Below, piece after piece: positions 8,188 through 20,834 of a stretch of DNA of 64,000 bases (within the stretch, counting starts at the first letter, position 1; the number at the start of each line of letters is the position of its first letter). Source of the DNA: an uncultured Candidatus Rokubacteria bacterium (GTDB lineage: Bacteria; Methylomirabilota; Methylomirabilia; Rokubacteriales; CSP1-6); contig CAVYTA010000007.1 in assembly GCA_963771355.1 (NCBI GenBank), positions 64,001-128,000 on the forward strand, in the 5' to 3' direction. The notes under the pieces were generated by a model that was not told where the DNA came from, searched no databases, and worked only from the letters and a program-made list of their open reading frames with translations. Position numbers and translations under genes: made by a program.

Positions 8188-9003
8188 CTAGGGGCGGTAA
8201 AAGGGCTTGTCGCCGCTGATGGTTACGCGATGTCCGTGGCGGCGCTGAGGAAAGTAGTCCCACATGGCGTGATGCTGGACGCAGCGGTTGTCCCAGAAGG
8301 CGATGGACCGGGGCTGCCAGCGGAAGCGGCACTGGTACTCCGGCGTCTCGATGTGACGGTACAGCATCTCCAGCACCGCGGCGCTCTCGTCCCGCTTGAG
8401 CTGGACGAGGCGTGTGGTGAAGCCGCGGTTCACGAAGAGCGCGGGCCGTCCGGAGACGGGATGGGTGCGGATGACCGGATGCTCCGCCTCCGGGTACACC
8501 CGGTTGCGATCGTCCACGCCGTAGGTGCCGCGATAGACGTGCTCGCCGCGGTGAAGGGCGGTCATCCCTTCCAGCATGCGCTTGAGCGGCTCCGACAGAC
8601 CGTCATAGGCCGCGTACATGCTGGCAAAGAGCGTATCGCCGCCCACCGGCGGCAGCTCGTGCATGTAGAGAATGCTCCCCATCGGGGGCTCGGCATCGCA
8701 GGACACGTCGGAGTGCCAGTTTTCGCCGGCCACCCGCTTGGACTTCTCGTCGGCGTGGATGACGAGGATCTCGGGGTGTCCTTCGACGAGGCCCGGGGCC
8801 GCGGGGTGGATGGCCAGCTCGCCGAAGCGCCGGCCGAAGGCCTTGTGCTGCTCGACGGTGAGCTGCTGATCGCGGAAGAAGATCACGCAGTTCTCGATGA
8901 GGGCGTCGTGGACGGTCTTGAAGGTGTCCTCGGATAGCGGCTGAGCGAGGTCCACACCCAGCACCTCGGCTCCGATATGCGGCGTCAGCTTCCGGATCTC
9001 CAT
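8188..9003 (-). CDS. TauD/TfdA Fe(II)/2-oxoglutarate dioxygenase
   Basis: WHSD, GGDTLF, HPVIRTHP, WDNRCVQHHA; GAGGAG RBS. Confidence 0.92.
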   Translation of the reverse strand: MEIRKLTPHIGAEVLGVDLAQPLSEDTFKTVHDALIENCVIFFRDQQLTVEQHKAFGRRFGELAIHPAAPGLVEGHPEILVIHADEKSKRVAGENWHSDVSCDAEPPMGSILYMHELPPVGGDTLFASMYAAYDGLSEPLKRMLEGMTALHRGEHVYRGTYGVDDRNRVYPEAEHPVIRTHPVSGRPALFVNRGFTTRLVQLKRDESAAVLEMLYRHIETPEYQCRFRWQPRSIAFWDNRCVQHHAMWDYFPQRRHGHRVTISGDKPFYRP

Positions 9004-9214
9004 CGATCGCTCCTCCTTGGCTCTCTGGTCCCCGGCGCCCCTCGTCCTGCCGAGCGGGCGCCATCGGGGGCGATGGTAGTCGCCGGCGCCCCGTTCTTCA
9101 AGTGCGTGCCGAACTTCGTCCTTGACCGCGTCGGCCCACCAGTGTATCCGAGGGCAGTGCCGGAGACTCGCCGGGGACGGCGGGGATGTTCCCGGATCCC
9201 AAGGGAGGTTCACC

Positions 9215-10816
9215 ATGGCAGTGGGAACGAAGCGAAAGGTCTCCCGGCCGGCGGCCGGGTCGGCGACCGACACGGCGGGCAAGAAGGGCACCCGGCCCTA
9301 TACCGGAAAGGAATTCCTCGCCAGCCTCGACGATGACCGCGAGGTCTGGATCTACGGGGAGCGCGTCAAGAACATAACCACGCATCCCGCCTTCCAGAAC
9401 ACCGCCCGGATGCTCGCCCGGCTCTACGATGCCCTGCACGAGGACCACCGGAGTGGGAAGAACGTCCTCACCATGCCCACCGAGTGGGGCGGCTTCACGC
9501 ATCGCTACTTCCGGGCGCCCACCAATGTGGACGAGCAGGTGGCTGGGCGGGATGCCATCGCGGCCTGGGCGCGTCTCACCTATGGCTGGCTCGGGCGCTC
9601 CCCCGACTACAAGGCGGCCTTCCTCGGCACTCTCGGCGCCAACTCGGACTTCTACGCGCCCTACCAGGCCAACGCGAAGCGCTGGTATCGCTACTCCCAG
9701 GAGCGCGTGCCCTTCATCAACCACGCCATCATCCATCCCCCGGTGGATCGCAACATTGCGCCAGGTGCGCCGGGTGGCGCCACCGACGTGTTCGCGCGGG
9801 TGGTGAAGGAGACGGACGCGGGCCTCTACGTGACGGGCGCCAAGGTGGTCGCCACCGGCTCCGCGCTCACGCACTTCACCTTCGTGGCGCATCACGGGCT
9901 CATTCCCGTCCAGGGCAAGAACTTCGCCGTCGTGTTCATGGTGCCGACCAACGCGAAAGGCGTGAAGCTCATCTGCCGTGTGTCCAACGAGATGCGGGCG
10001 GCCATGCTGGGCAGCCCCTTCGACTATCCGCTCTCCAGCCGGCTGGACGAGAACGACGCCATCTTCGTCATGGACAAGGTCTTCGTGCCCTGGGAGGACG
10101 TGTTCGTCTACGGCGACGTGGAGAAGGCTAACAACTTCTTCCCGCGCACGGGCTTTCTCCCGCGTGCCCTCATTCACGGCTGCACCCGACTCGCGGTGAA
10201 GCTCGACTTCATCACCGGCCTCCTCATCAAGGCCACCGAGATCACGGGGGCGCGGTCGTTCCGCGGGGTCGAGGCGAATATCGGCGAGGTGATCGCCTGG
10301 CGCAACATGATCTGGGGCCTCTCCGACGCCATGGCCAAGACCGCGGATCCGTGGACGGGGGGCTGCATCCTGCCCGGCATGGAGCCGGCGGCCGCTTACC
10401 AGGTCCTCGCCCCCGAAGCCTACGTGCAGGTCAAGAACCTCATCGAGAAGACGGTGGCGAGCGGGCTCATCTACCTGAACTCGCACGCGCGCGACTTCGC
10501 CGCGCCCGAGATGCGGAAGTATCTCGACCTCTACCTGCGCGGGTCGGGCGGGGTGGACGCGGTGGGCCGCGTCAAGCTGATGAAGCTCCTGTGGGACGCG
10601 GTGGGCACGGAGTTCGGCGGCCGGCACGAGCTGTACGAGATCAACTACTCCGGCAGCCACGAGGAGATCCGCCGTTACGCGCTGTTCGGCGCCCTGGCTT
10701 CCGGCCAGTACGACCGCTGGAAGCAGTTCGCGGAAACGTGCATGGCGGAGTACGACCTCGATGGCTGGAAGGCCAAGGACCTTGTCGACACCAGCAAGAT
10801 CTCTGCCCTCCCCTGA
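9215..10816 (+). CDS. hpaB: 4-hydroxyphenylacetate/phenol 2-component flavin monooxygenase, oxygenase component
   Basis: [44 protein letters not shown]. Confidence 0.88.
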   Translation: MAVGTKRKVSRPAAGSATDTAGKKGTRPYTGKEFLASLDDDREVWIYGERVKNITTHPAFQNTARMLARLYDALHEDHRSGKNVLTMPTEWGGFTHRYFRAPTNVDEQVAGRDAIAAWARLTYGWLGRSPDYKAAFLGTLGANSDFYAPYQANAKRWYRYSQERVPFINHAIIHPPVDRNIAPGAPGGATDVFARVVKETDAGLYVTGAKVVATGSALTHFTFVAHHGLIPVQGKNFAVVFMVPTNAKGVKLICRVSNEMRAAMLGSPFDYPLSSRLDENDAIFVMDKVFVPWEDVFVYGDVEKANNFFPRTGFLPRALIHGCTRLAVKLDFITGLLIKATEITGARSFRGVEANIGEVIAWRNMIWGLSDAMAKTADPWTGGCILPGMEPAAAYQVLAPEAYVQVKNLIEKTVASGLIYLNSHARDFAAPEMRKYLDLYLRGSGGVDAVGRVKLMKLLWDAVGTEFGGRHELYEINYSGSHEEIRRYALFGALASGQYDRWKQFAETCMAEYDLDGWKAKDLVDTSKISALP

Positions 10817-11333
10817 GTTCGACGAGCGGACGTTCCGGAGCGCGCTGGGCCGCTTCCCCACCGGCGTCATCGTGCTCACGGTGGGACCGCAGCGCAACCC
10901 GCATGCCATGACCGCCAATGCCTTCATGTCCGGCTCGCTGGCGCCCCCTCTGGTGGTGGTGTCGGTGGGACTCAAGGCGCGCATGCACGAGCGGATCGTG
11001 CGCGCCCGGCGTTTTGGCGTCAGCATCCTCGAGACCGAGCAGGAGACCGAGAGCCGCCATTTTGCCGGCCAGCCCGTGGCGCGCTTCGCGCCCCGCTTCG
11101 CCGCCCTGGGAGGCGTGCCGGTCCTCGCGCGCGCGGCGGTGGCGCTGTCGGCGCGGGTCGCGCATCGTTACACCTGCGGCGACCACACCCTCGTGGTGGG
11201 CGAGGTGGAGCGCCTCGAAGTCGACAACTTTCCTTCGCCGCCGCTCGTGTTCTACAACGGCCGTTATCGCGAGCTGCTGCCCGTCGTGGACGCACCGGGG
11301 CGAAGCCCCGAGATTTTTCCGTCTTTCTTCTGA
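10761..11333 (+). CDS. flavin reductase (HpaC-like); start uncertain
   Basis: [30 protein letters not shown]. Confidence 0.88.
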   Translation: MAGRPRTLSTPARSLPSPEFDERTFRSALGRFPTGVIVLTVGPQRNPHAMTANAFMSGSLAPPLVVVSVGLKARMHERIVRARRFGVSILETEQETESRHFAGQPVARFAPRFAALGGVPVLARAAVALSARVAHRYTCGDHTLVVGEVERLEVDNFPSPPLVFYNGRYRELLPVVDAPGRSPEIFPSFF

Positions 11334-11353
11334 GCGGAACGAGGAGGTTCCCC

Positions 11354-12661
11354 ATGGCCGGTCGTGAGCACCCGATGAGCTGGTCCACGCGTCTGCCTCG
11401 CCGGAACGTGCTAGCCGTCGGCGCCGCCGCGGCCACCGCCGGGGTCGGCGCGGCGCTGCATCTCCCCGCCTTCGCCCAGGGGCCGCGGCGCATCAAGATC
11501 GGCTATGTCTCGCCGCAAACCGGTCCCCTGGCCGCCTTCGGCGAGGCGGACAAGTTCGTCATCGGCGAGGTGCAGAAGCTGCTCAAGGACGGGCTCGCCA
11601 TCGGCGGGCGCAAGTATCCGGTGCAGGTGGTGGTGCGGGACAGCCAATCGAATCCGAACCGCGCCGGTGAGGTGGCCGCCGATCTGATCCTGAAGGAGAA
11701 GGTCGACATCATGGCCGTCGGCAATACGCCGGAGACGGCCAACCCGGTGTCGGACCAGTGCGAGCTGAACGAGGTGCCCTGCGTGTCGAGCCTCTGCCCG
11801 TGGCAGCCGTGGTTCTTCGGCCGCAAGGGCGATCCCGCCAAGGGCTTCACCTGGACCTATCACTTCTTCTGGGGGCTCGAGGACATCATCGCGGTGTTCC
11901 TCAATTTGTGGAACTCCGTCCCCTCCAACAAGGTGGTGGGCGGGCTCTTTCCCAATGACGGGGACGGCAATGCCTGGGGCGATCCGCAGCGCGGTCTTCC
12001 GCCGGCGCTGGCCAAGGACGGCTACAAGCTCGTCGATCCGGGCCGCTTCCAGAACCTCAACCAGGACTTCAGCGCCCAGATCGCCGCCTTCAAGAAAGAG
12101 AATGTCGAGATCGTCACCGGCGTGGTGATCCCGCCCGACATGAAGACCTTCTGGACCCAGGCGCGCCAGCAGGGGTTCCGGCCCAAGGTCGCGACGGTGG
12201 GCAAGGCGCTGCTCTTCCCCGCCGCCATCGAGGCCCTGGGCGAGCTGGGCGACGGCATGTCCACCGAGGTGTGGTGGACGCCCGGCCATCCCTTCAAATC
12301 CTCGCTTACCGGGCAGACCGCTGCCCAGCTCGCGGCCGCCTACGAGGGAGCGACCAAGAAGCAGTGGACCCAGCCCATCGGCTTCGTCCACGCGCTGTTT
12401 GAGGTGGCCATCGACACCCTCAAGCGCGCCAAGGAGCCCGGGGACAAGGCCGCCATCCGCGACGCGCTCGTCGCCACCGACTTGCGCACCATCGTGGGGC
12501 CGGTGGCGTGGGGCAAGGGACCGGTCAAGAACGTGACCCGGACGCCGCTGGTCGGGGGGCAGTGGGTGCGTGGCAAGAAGCACAAGTACGAGCTGGTGGT
12601 GGTCGACAACCGCACCGCCCCCGAGGTGCCCACCGGCGGCAAGCTGAAGCCGCTCGGCTGA
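11354..12661 (+). CDS. branched-chain-type ABC substrate-binding protein, Tat-like signal
   Basis: RRNVL signal; IKIGYVSPQTGPLAAFG; DSQSNPNRA. Confidence 0.9.
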   Translation: MAGREHPMSWSTRLPRRNVLAVGAAAATAGVGAALHLPAFAQGPRRIKIGYVSPQTGPLAAFGEADKFVIGEVQKLLKDGLAIGGRKYPVQVVVRDSQSNPNRAGEVAADLILKEKVDIMAVGNTPETANPVSDQCELNEVPCVSSLCPWQPWFFGRKGDPAKGFTWTYHFFWGLEDIIAVFLNLWNSVPSNKVVGGLFPNDGDGNAWGDPQRGLPPALAKDGYKLVDPGRFQNLNQDFSAQIAAFKKENVEIVTGVVIPPDMKTFWTQARQQGFRPKVATVGKALLFPAAIEALGELGDGMSTEVWWTPGHPFKSSLTGQTAAQLAAAYEGATKKQWTQPIGFVHALFEVAIDTLKRAKEPGDKAAIRDALVATDLRTIVGPVAWGKGPVKNVTRTPLVGGQWVRGKKHKYELVVVDNRTAPEVPTGGKLKPLG

Positions 12662-12695
12662 TCGGCCGCTCCCGGCGCGACCGGCGCTTGTCCCG

Positions 12696-13418
12696 GTGAC
12701 GGAAGTCCTGGCGCTCGAGCGGGTCTCCAAGGCGTTCGGCGCCGTCCGCGCCGCGGACGGCGTCTCCCTCACCGTGGGGGCCCGCGAGGTGCTGGGCATC
12801 ATCGGCCCCAACGGCGCGGGCAAGACCACCGTCTTCAACCTGATCGGCGGCGACGTGCGTGTGGACTCGGGCACCATTCGCTTCCAGGGCGCGGACATCA
12901 CACGGCTCGCCCCGCATGAGCGCTGCCGCCGCGGCATCGGCCGCTCGTATCAGATCCCGCATCCCTTCGGCGGTATGACGGTCTACGAGAACCTGCTCGT
13001 GGCCGCCTGCTTCGGCGGCGACCGGACCGAGCGCGCCGCCGCGCCGGGCTGCCGCGAAATCCTCGAGAGCACCGGGCTCGAAGCCAAGGCGAACCGGGTG
13101 GCCGGCTCGCTCGGGCTCCTCGACCGCAAGCGGCTCGAGCTGGGCCGCGCCCTGGCCACCGGCCCCGCGCTGCTTCTCCTCGACGAGATCGCGGGCGGGC
13201 TCACCGAGGCCGAGTCGGCCGAGCTGGTGGCCCTCATCCGGCAGATCAAGGCGCGCGGCGTGGCCATGATCTGGATCGAGCACGTGGTGCATGCCCTCCT
13301 CGCGGTCGCGGACCGGCTGCTGGTGATGAACTCGGGCGCAACGCTTGCCGAGGGCGATCCGGCCGAGGTGATGGCCGATCGGGAAGTGCGGCGGATCTAT
13401 CTGGGCATCGAGGCATGA
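12696..13418 (+). CDS. ABC ATP-binding protein (LivG-like)
   Basis: GPNGAGKT, LLLLDE. Confidence 0.92.
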   Translation: MTEVLALERVSKAFGAVRAADGVSLTVGAREVLGIIGPNGAGKTTVFNLIGGDVRVDSGTIRFQGADITRLAPHERCRRGIGRSYQIPHPFGGMTVYENLLVAACFGGDRTERAAAPGCREILESTGLEAKANRVAGSLGLLDRKRLELGRALATGPALLLLDEIAGGLTEAESAELVALIRQIKARGVAMIWIEHVVHALLAVADRLLVMNSGATLAEGDPAEVMADREVRRIYLGIEA

Positions 13419-14116
13419 GCCGGCTTCTCGCCACCACGGGGCTCTCCGCCTTCTACGGCGACTTCCAGGCGCTGTTCGGGATCGACTTCGAGGTCGGACC
13501 GGGCGAGGTGGTGGCCATCATCGGCGCCAACGGCGCCGGCAAATCGACGTTTCTGCGAGCCATCTGCGGGTTGCTGCCCGTCGACCCCGGGCAGGTGCGC
13601 CTGGATGGCGAGCCAATCGGCGGGCTGCCCGCGCATCGCGTTGCCGCGCGAGGCCTGGCCATGGTGCCCGAGGGCCGGCGTCTCTTCGGAAGCCTCAGCG
13701 TGGAGGAGAATCTGCTCGCGGGCGCCTATCTCCGCCGCGCCGGCCCCTGGAACCTGGCCCGCGTCTACGAGCTCTTCCCCGTGCTCAGCCAGAAGCGGCG
13801 GGCCTACCCGCGCACGCTATCGGGCGGCGAGCAACAGATGACGGCCATCGGCCGGGCGCTGATGGCCAACCCGCGACTCCTCATCTGCGACGAGCTCTCG
13901 CTGGGGCTGGCCCCCGTGGTGGTGAAGAGCCTCTACGAAGCGCTGGGGCGGGTGGTGCGGGAGGGAGTGACCGCCATCATCGTGGAGCAGGACGTGGCGC
14001 TGGCGCAGGGCATGTCCTCCAGCCTCTATTGCTTCCAGGAGGGCCGAGTCTCGCTGCGCGGCGCCTCCGCCGAGGTCACGCGCGCCGAGATCACCCGTGC
14101 CTATTTCGGCATCTGA
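13415..14116 (+). CDS. ABC ATP-binding protein (LivF-like)
   Basis: GANGAGKS, LSGGEQQ, DELSLGLAP. Confidence 0.92.
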   Translation: MSRLLATTGLSAFYGDFQALFGIDFEVGPGEVVAIIGANGAGKSTFLRAICGLLPVDPGQVRLDGEPIGGLPAHRVAARGLAMVPEGRRLFGSLSVEENLLAGAYLRRAGPWNLARVYELFPVLSQKRRAYPRTLSGGEQQMTAIGRALMANPRLLICDELSLGLAPVVVKSLYEALGRVVREGVTAIIVEQDVALAQGMSSSLYCFQEGRVSLRGASAEVTRAEITRAYFGI

Positions 14117-14987
14117 CCTGATCGGCGGGCTCGACACTCTCATCCAGGGCGTGCTGCTGGGCGGCCTCTACGCGCTGTTTGCCATGGGGCTGTCGCTGGC
14201 CTTCGGGGTCATGCGGCTGGTGAATATCGCCCACGGCGATCTCATCGTGCTCTCGGCCTTCGTCGGCGTCGCGCTGGTGCAGGGCACCGGGTGGAGCCCC
14301 TTTGTCGCATTCGCCGTCGTGGTGCCCGCGATGGCGGCGCTGGGCTATGTGCTCCAGCGCGCGCTCCTCAATCGCACGCTCGGCGGCGATATCCTTCCCC
14401 CGCTGCTCGTGACCTTCGGCCTCTCGATCGTCATCCAGAACCTCCTGCTGGAGATCTTCTCGGCGGATTCGCGCTCGCTCCGCGCGGCGGGATTCGAGAC
14501 CGCGAGCATCCAGCTCGGCGGTGGCATCGCGGTGGGCTGGCTGCCGCTCAGCGTGCTCCTCGCCGCCGTCGCCGTGACCGCGGGGCTGGAGCTTCTCTTC
14601 GGCCGCACCCGCCTCGGTCGCGCTTTTCGCGCCACCTCGGACGACCTGATCACCGCGCAGCTCATGGGCATCGGCCACCGGCACGTGTATGCCCTGGCCG
14701 CCGCGGTCGCGATGGCCCTGGTGGCGGTGGCCGGCATCTTCCTCGCGTTCCGCACCACGGTGGCCCCCAGCGACGGGCCCGGTTATCTCCTCTACGCCTT
14801 CGAGGCGGTGATCATCGGTGGCATGGGCTCGTTCTGGGGCACCTTCGGCGGCGGCGTCATCCTCGGGGTGGCGCAGGCGGTGGGATTCCGCTTCGATCCG
14901 GGCTGGGGCATCCTCGTCGGTCACCTGGCCTGCCTGGCCGTGCTCCTCACGCGTCCCCAGGGCCTCTTCCCGCGCACGCGGGACTGA
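14097..14987 (+). CDS. ABC permease (LivH-like)
   Basis: GGLYALFAMGLSLAFGVMRLVNIAHG; multiple TM. Confidence 0.9.
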   Translation: MPISASDLIGGLDTLIQGVLLGGLYALFAMGLSLAFGVMRLVNIAHGDLIVLSAFVGVALVQGTGWSPFVAFAVVVPAMAALGYVLQRALLNRTLGGDILPPLLVTFGLSIVIQNLLLEIFSADSRSLRAAGFETASIQLGGGIAVGWLPLSVLLAAVAVTAGLELLFGRTRLGRAFRATSDDLITAQLMGIGHRHVYALAAAVAMALVAVAGIFLAFRTTVAPSDGPGYLLYAFEAVIIGGMGSFWGTFGGGVILGVAQAVGFRFDPGWGILVGHLACLAVLLTRPQGLFPRTRD

Positions 14988-15003
14988 TCCCGTGCCCGAT
15001 CCC

Positions 15004-15972
15004 ATGACCGCACACCCGATGCGCGCCGGCCGCGCCGGTCTCTGGGGCGGCGCCGCGCTCGCCGGCTTCCTCGCCACCCTGCCGTGGTGGGCGGATGCCA
15101 GCACGCTCAGGCTCGTGGTCGAGGCGGTGTGCCTGCTCGTGCTCGCTCAGATGTGGAATCTCCTCGCCGGCTATGGCGGCCTGGTCTCGGTGGGACAGCA
15201 GGCCTATGTCGGGCTCGGCGGCTATACCCTCGTCGTGCTCGCCGACCTGGCGGGCCTCAACCCGTTCCTCTGCGTTCCGCTTGGCGGTCTGGTCGCCGCG
15301 CTGGCGGCGGCGCCGGTATCGCGGATCGCATTCCGTCTCCAGGGCGGCTACTTCGCCATCGGTACCTGGGTGATCGCGGAGGTGTTCCGCCTCGCGGTGG
15401 CGAATGCTTCCGCGCTCGGCGGCGGCTCCGGGCAAAGCCTTGTCGCCATGCGCGCGTTTCCCCGGGAGCTCCGCGAGTCGCTGACCTACTGGGTTGCGCT
15501 GGCGCTGCTGGTGGCGGTGATGGCGGGGGTGTACCTGCTGCTGCGCTCGCGTCACGGGCTGGCGCTGACCGCGCTGCGCGACAGCGAGGTGGCGGCGGAG
15601 AGCCAGGGCATCGACGTGGCCGCCACCAAGTTCATGGTCTACACGGTGGCGGCGTTCGGAGGGGGGTGCGCGGGGGCGCTCTACTTCCTCATGAACCTGC
15701 GCATCTCGCCCGACGCCGCCTTCGGCGTGAGCTGGTCCGCCTTCACCATCTTCATCGTGGTGATCGGCGGCACCGGCACCCTCGAAGGGCCCATCGCGGG
15801 AACGCTGCTCTTCTTCCTGCTGCGCGAGATGCTCGCCGATCACGGCACCTGGTACCTGATCGTGATCGGCGCGGTCGCCGTCGTCACCATGCTGGCCTTC
15901 CCCCAGGGACTCTGGGGCTGGGTGACACGCCGGCTCGACTTCTCCTTCTTTCCCGTGCGGCGGCGAATCTAG
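15004..15972 (+). CDS. ABC permease (LivM-like); start uncertain
   Basis: WNLLAGYGGLVSVGQ, GYFAIGT, IGGTGTLEGP. Confidence 0.88.
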   Translation: MTAHPMRAGRAGLWGGAALAGFLATLPWWADASTLRLVVEAVCLLVLAQMWNLLAGYGGLVSVGQQAYVGLGGYTLVVLADLAGLNPFLCVPLGGLVAALAAAPVSRIAFRLQGGYFAIGTWVIAEVFRLAVANASALGGGSGQSLVAMRAFPRELRESLTYWVALALLVAVMAGVYLLLRSRHGLALTALRDSEVAAESQGIDVAATKFMVYTVAAFGGGCAGALYFLMNLRISPDAAFGVSWSAFTIFIVVIGGTGTLEGPIAGTLLFFLLREMLADHGTWYLIVIGAVAVVTMLAFPQGLWGWVTRRLDFSFFPVRRRI

Positions 15973-16373
15973 AGCTCGCGGTAGCCCCGAGCGTCGCTCC
16001 GCCCGCCGTCCTTGTACGCGACGATCCGCTTGGGCGAGGCATGGGTGCCGAGGAGCCGCAGCGGCTGGTCTCCGACTACGCGAAAGGAGTGCGGCACGCC
16101 GGGTGGGAGCGCGATGGTGTCCCCGCGACGGAGGACGATCTTCTCCGCTTCCCGCCCTTCCATCCAGGCCTCGGCCACCCCGTCCAGGATGTGCAGGACC
16201 TCCAGATACGGATGCGAATGCAGCGGGGCCTGATAGCCGGGCTGCGCGGTCTGGATACCGGTGCGTATCGGCGTCGTCCCCGCGTCGTCCCCGATGATGG
16301 GCTGATAGTTCGACAGCGGCCCGAAGGAAACCGTCTCGGTGTCGGCCAGGCGAACGACCTTGAGATCCGTCAT
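15969..16373 (-). CDS. cupin domain protein
   Basis: HSHPYLE...GDTIALPPGVPHSF. Confidence 0.85.
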   Translation of the reverse strand: MTDLKVVRLADTETVSFGPLSNYQPIIGDDAGTTPIRTGIQTAQPGYQAPLHSHPYLEVLHILDGVAEAWMEGREAEKIVLRRGDTIALPPGVPHSFRVVGDQPLRLLGTHASPKRIVAYKDGGRSDARGYREL

Positions 16374-16392
16374 GCTCGGGCCCTCCTGGGAC

Positions 16393-18196
<1,804 letters not shown>

Positions 18197-18205
18197 GTTC
18201 GGGGC

Positions 18206-18234
18206 ATTGTCTCCGCGCGCCAAGGCATTGTCAA
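18206..18234 (-). promoter_or_regulatory. sigma70 promoter of leu leader
   Basis: TTGACA-N17-GACAAT, 9 nt before leader ATG. Confidence 0.7.
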
Positions 18235-18371
18235 GTCTTGCCTCCCAGTCCGCGGGACCCCCTCTGGAAGGCCCCCGGACCTGGCTCCGGTCCACAAGAG
18301 CCTGGAATATCGGGGCTTCCGGACGGCCGACCCCTTGCGGTGGGCAGAGTTTCCGACTACTCTGCCGCTTG

Positions 18372-19457
18372 ATGCGAGTCCCCGCGCCGAAGATCCGTGA
18401 GCAGCTCATCGCCGTCCTCCGTGCGTGGGGGATGTCGGACGCGCATGCCGCCACCACGGCCGAGATGATGCTGGAGACCGATCTCCGCGGGGTGGACTCT
18501 CATGGCCTCTCGATGCTGCCCACCTACGACCGCGAGCTCCGGAGCGGCCGGCTGAACATGCGCCCGCAGTGGAAGACTCTGCGGGATGGGCCATCGATGG
18601 CGCTGATCGACGCCGACGCCTCGCTCGGCCACCCCATCTCGGTGCACGCCATGAATCTCGCCGTGGACAAGTGCCGCGAGAGCGCGGTGGCGGTGGTGTC
18701 GGTGACCAACTCGCATCACTTCGGCGCCGCCGGCTGCTATGCGCGGATCGCGGCCGAGCGCGGCGTGATCGGGATGGTCACCTCGTCCACCCGCGGCGTG
18801 ACCCTGGTGCCGACCTTCGGGGCCGAGCCGGTGATGGGCACCAACCCGCTCGCGTTCGCGGCGCCCGCGCGCCGCAATCCGCCCTTCCAGCTCGACATGG
18901 CCACCACCACGGTGGCGGCGGGCAAGGTCAAGGTTCACAAGCTGAACCATCGGCCGGTGCCCACGGGCTGGGTGGTCGACGGCGACGGCCGTCCGGTGAC
19001 CGACCCCGAGGAGGCGTTCCGCCACGTCTTCGAGCGCCCGGAGGGCGGCATCACGCCGCTCGGCGGCCCGCGCGAGGCCGGCGGCCACAAGGGGTACGGG
19101 CTGGCGGTGATGGTGCACATCCTGGGCGGCGCGCTGGCGGGCGCGTCCTTCTCGCCGATCCGGAACCGCACTCAGGGGCCGTCCGATCCGCACAATATCG
19201 GCCACTTCTTCCTCGCCATCGATCCGCGTGCCTTCCGCGCCGCGGGTGAGTTCGAGGACGACCTCGACCAGGTGATCGACGTGCTCCACGGCGCCCGGCG
19301 CGCCGATCCCGCCCAGCCCGTGCTGGTGGCGGGCGATCCGGAGATGGCGACGCGCGCGGAGCGGCTCCGCGACGGGGTGCCGGTTCCGGACGATCTGATG
19401 CAGCAGATCCAGGCGGTGACCCACAGCGCCGGCGTTCCGTTCATCCTCGGTCCGTAG
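18372..19457 (+). CDS. Ldh_2-family (malate/L-lactate/sulfolactate-type) oxidoreductase
   Basis: DLRGVDSHG, SHHFGAAG, GTNPLAF, LDMATT, GHKGYGL. Confidence 0.9.
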   Translation: MRVPAPKIREQLIAVLRAWGMSDAHAATTAEMMLETDLRGVDSHGLSMLPTYDRELRSGRLNMRPQWKTLRDGPSMALIDADASLGHPISVHAMNLAVDKCRESAVAVVSVTNSHHFGAAGCYARIAAERGVIGMVTSSTRGVTLVPTFGAEPVMGTNPLAFAAPARRNPPFQLDMATTTVAAGKVKVHKLNHRPVPTGWVVDGDGRPVTDPEEAFRHVFERPEGGITPLGGPREAGGHKGYGLAVMVHILGGALAGASFSPIRNRTQGPSDPHNIGHFFLAIDPRAFRAAGEFEDDLDQVIDVLHGARRADPAQPVLVAGDPEMATRAERLRDGVPVPDDLMQQIQAVTHSAGVPFILGP

Positions 19458-19480
19458 GACCGAAGTCCCGGGAGGAGATC

Positions 19481-20428
19481 ATGGCAGTGATCAAGGTGAA
19501 AGACCTCGCGTTCGGGCGGCTGCGCTCACCGGACCTCGACCAGGCGGAGGAGTTCCTTACCCATTTCGGGATGATCCGCGCGGCGCGCACGCCCACGGCG
19601 CTCTACATGCGCGGGACGGACGCCGGCCACCATCTGCACGTGACCGAGCTGGGCGCGCCCGGCTTCGTGGGGCTCGCCTACTACGCGGCGAGCGAGGAGG
19701 ATCTCCAGCGCGTGGCGAAGGCGCCCGGGGCCTCCGCGGTGGAAGCCATCGACGAGCCGGGCGGGGGCCGGCGGGTCCGGTTGCGGGAGCCGAACGGGTA
19801 CCAGGTCGAGGTCGTCCACGGCATCGAGGCGCTGCCGCCGATCACGGTGCCGCGCCAGCCCATGAACACGGGCACCGAGCCGCTGCGGCGGGCAGGCGAG
19901 CTGATGCGGCTCCGCAAGTCCCCGGCGCCGATCAAGCGGATGGGGCACGGCGTGCTGGGCACGCCGAAGGTCGGCGAGACGGTGCAATGGTTCCGGGACA
20001 CGCTGGGCTTCATCCGGTCGGATGACGTCTACGCGGGCGCGAAGGACAATATCATCGGCTCGTTCAACCGCTGCGACCGCGGCGACGAGTACGTGGACCA
20101 CCACACGCTCTTCTGCGTCATGAACGAGCGGGCCGGGCTCAACCACATGTCTTTCGAGGTCCCCGACGTGGACGCGGTGTTCATGGACCACGAGTACCTG
20201 GCCCGGCTCGGCAAGTACGAGCACATGTGGGGCGTGGGGCGGCATCTCCTGGGCAGCCAGGTCTATGACTACTGGTGCGATCCCTGGGGCCGCGTGCACG
20301 AGCGGTGGGCGGACACCGACCGGCTGAACGCCCGGACGCCGGGGAATCTCCTGTCCGTCGAGGAAGGGTTCGTCAGCCAGTGGGGCGAGGCCCCGCCCGA
20401 CAAGTTCATCCACCACGTCAGCCAGTAG
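19481..20428 (+). CDS. VOC-family extradiol dioxygenase (trihydroxytoluene oxygenase DntD-like)
   Basis: PDLDQAEEFLTHFG, RMGHGVL, DRGDEYVDHHT, WGVGRHLLGSQVYDYW.DP. Confidence 0.8.
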   Translation: MAVIKVKDLAFGRLRSPDLDQAEEFLTHFGMIRAARTPTALYMRGTDAGHHLHVTELGAPGFVGLAYYAASEEDLQRVAKAPGASAVEAIDEPGGGRRVRLREPNGYQVEVVHGIEALPPITVPRQPMNTGTEPLRRAGELMRLRKSPAPIKRMGHGVLGTPKVGETVQWFRDTLGFIRSDDVYAGAKDNIIGSFNRCDRGDEYVDHHTLFCVMNERAGLNHMSFEVPDVDAVFMDHEYLARLGKYEHMWGVGRHLLGSQVYDYWCDPWGRVHERWADTDRLNARTPGNLLSVEEGFVSQWGEAPPDKFIHHVSQ

Positions 20429-20443
20429 CGGGGGGCCATAGCC

Positions 20444-20827
20444 ATGAGCGGCCGGCGGATCCTGTCCTTCGTATTCCCGGCGCTAATCTTCGTGGCCTTG
20501 GTGGCGTCGCCTCGCGCCGCTCAGGCGATGGAGGAGATCGCCCGCATGGAGACTCGTGAGGTCACCTGCGCGGACGGCGGCGACTTCTGCAAGCAATACC
20601 TCCACCAGCTCACTCTCACGAACCTCAACCAGACCCGGGCCGGCCGCACCTTCTTCGTCTACACCACAGACGAGATCGACGAGCGGCTCAAGGGGCTGAG
20701 GGCGGCGGTGCTCGACCCCGCCCTCGCCGCGTTGGCGGGCGAGATAGAGCGGCTCAAGCGCTCGCTGGTGGAGGTGGGCGCGGTGTGCTCGGAGGCGCCT
20801 CGCCCGGCCGCCCACACGACACGCTGA
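20444..20827 (+). CDS. hypothetical secreted protein
   Basis: Signal peptide (..AAQA), Cys pair, C-terminal coiled coil; follows dioxygenase by 15 nt. Confidence 0.6.
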   Translation: MSGRRILSFVFPALIFVALVASPRAAQAMEEIARMETREVTCADGGDFCKQYLHQLTLTNLNQTRAGRTFFVYTTDEIDERLKGLRAAVLDPALAALAGEIERLKRSLVEVGAVCSEAPRPAAHTTR

Positions 20828-20834
20828 GCGTGCG

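Noticed and set aside
9098..11026. Long antisense ORFs (also 16537-18180, 33816-35747, 50032-52248, 55547-57103, 62372-63868)
   Set aside because: Shadows of well-supported genes in high-GC DNA; no recognisable motifs.
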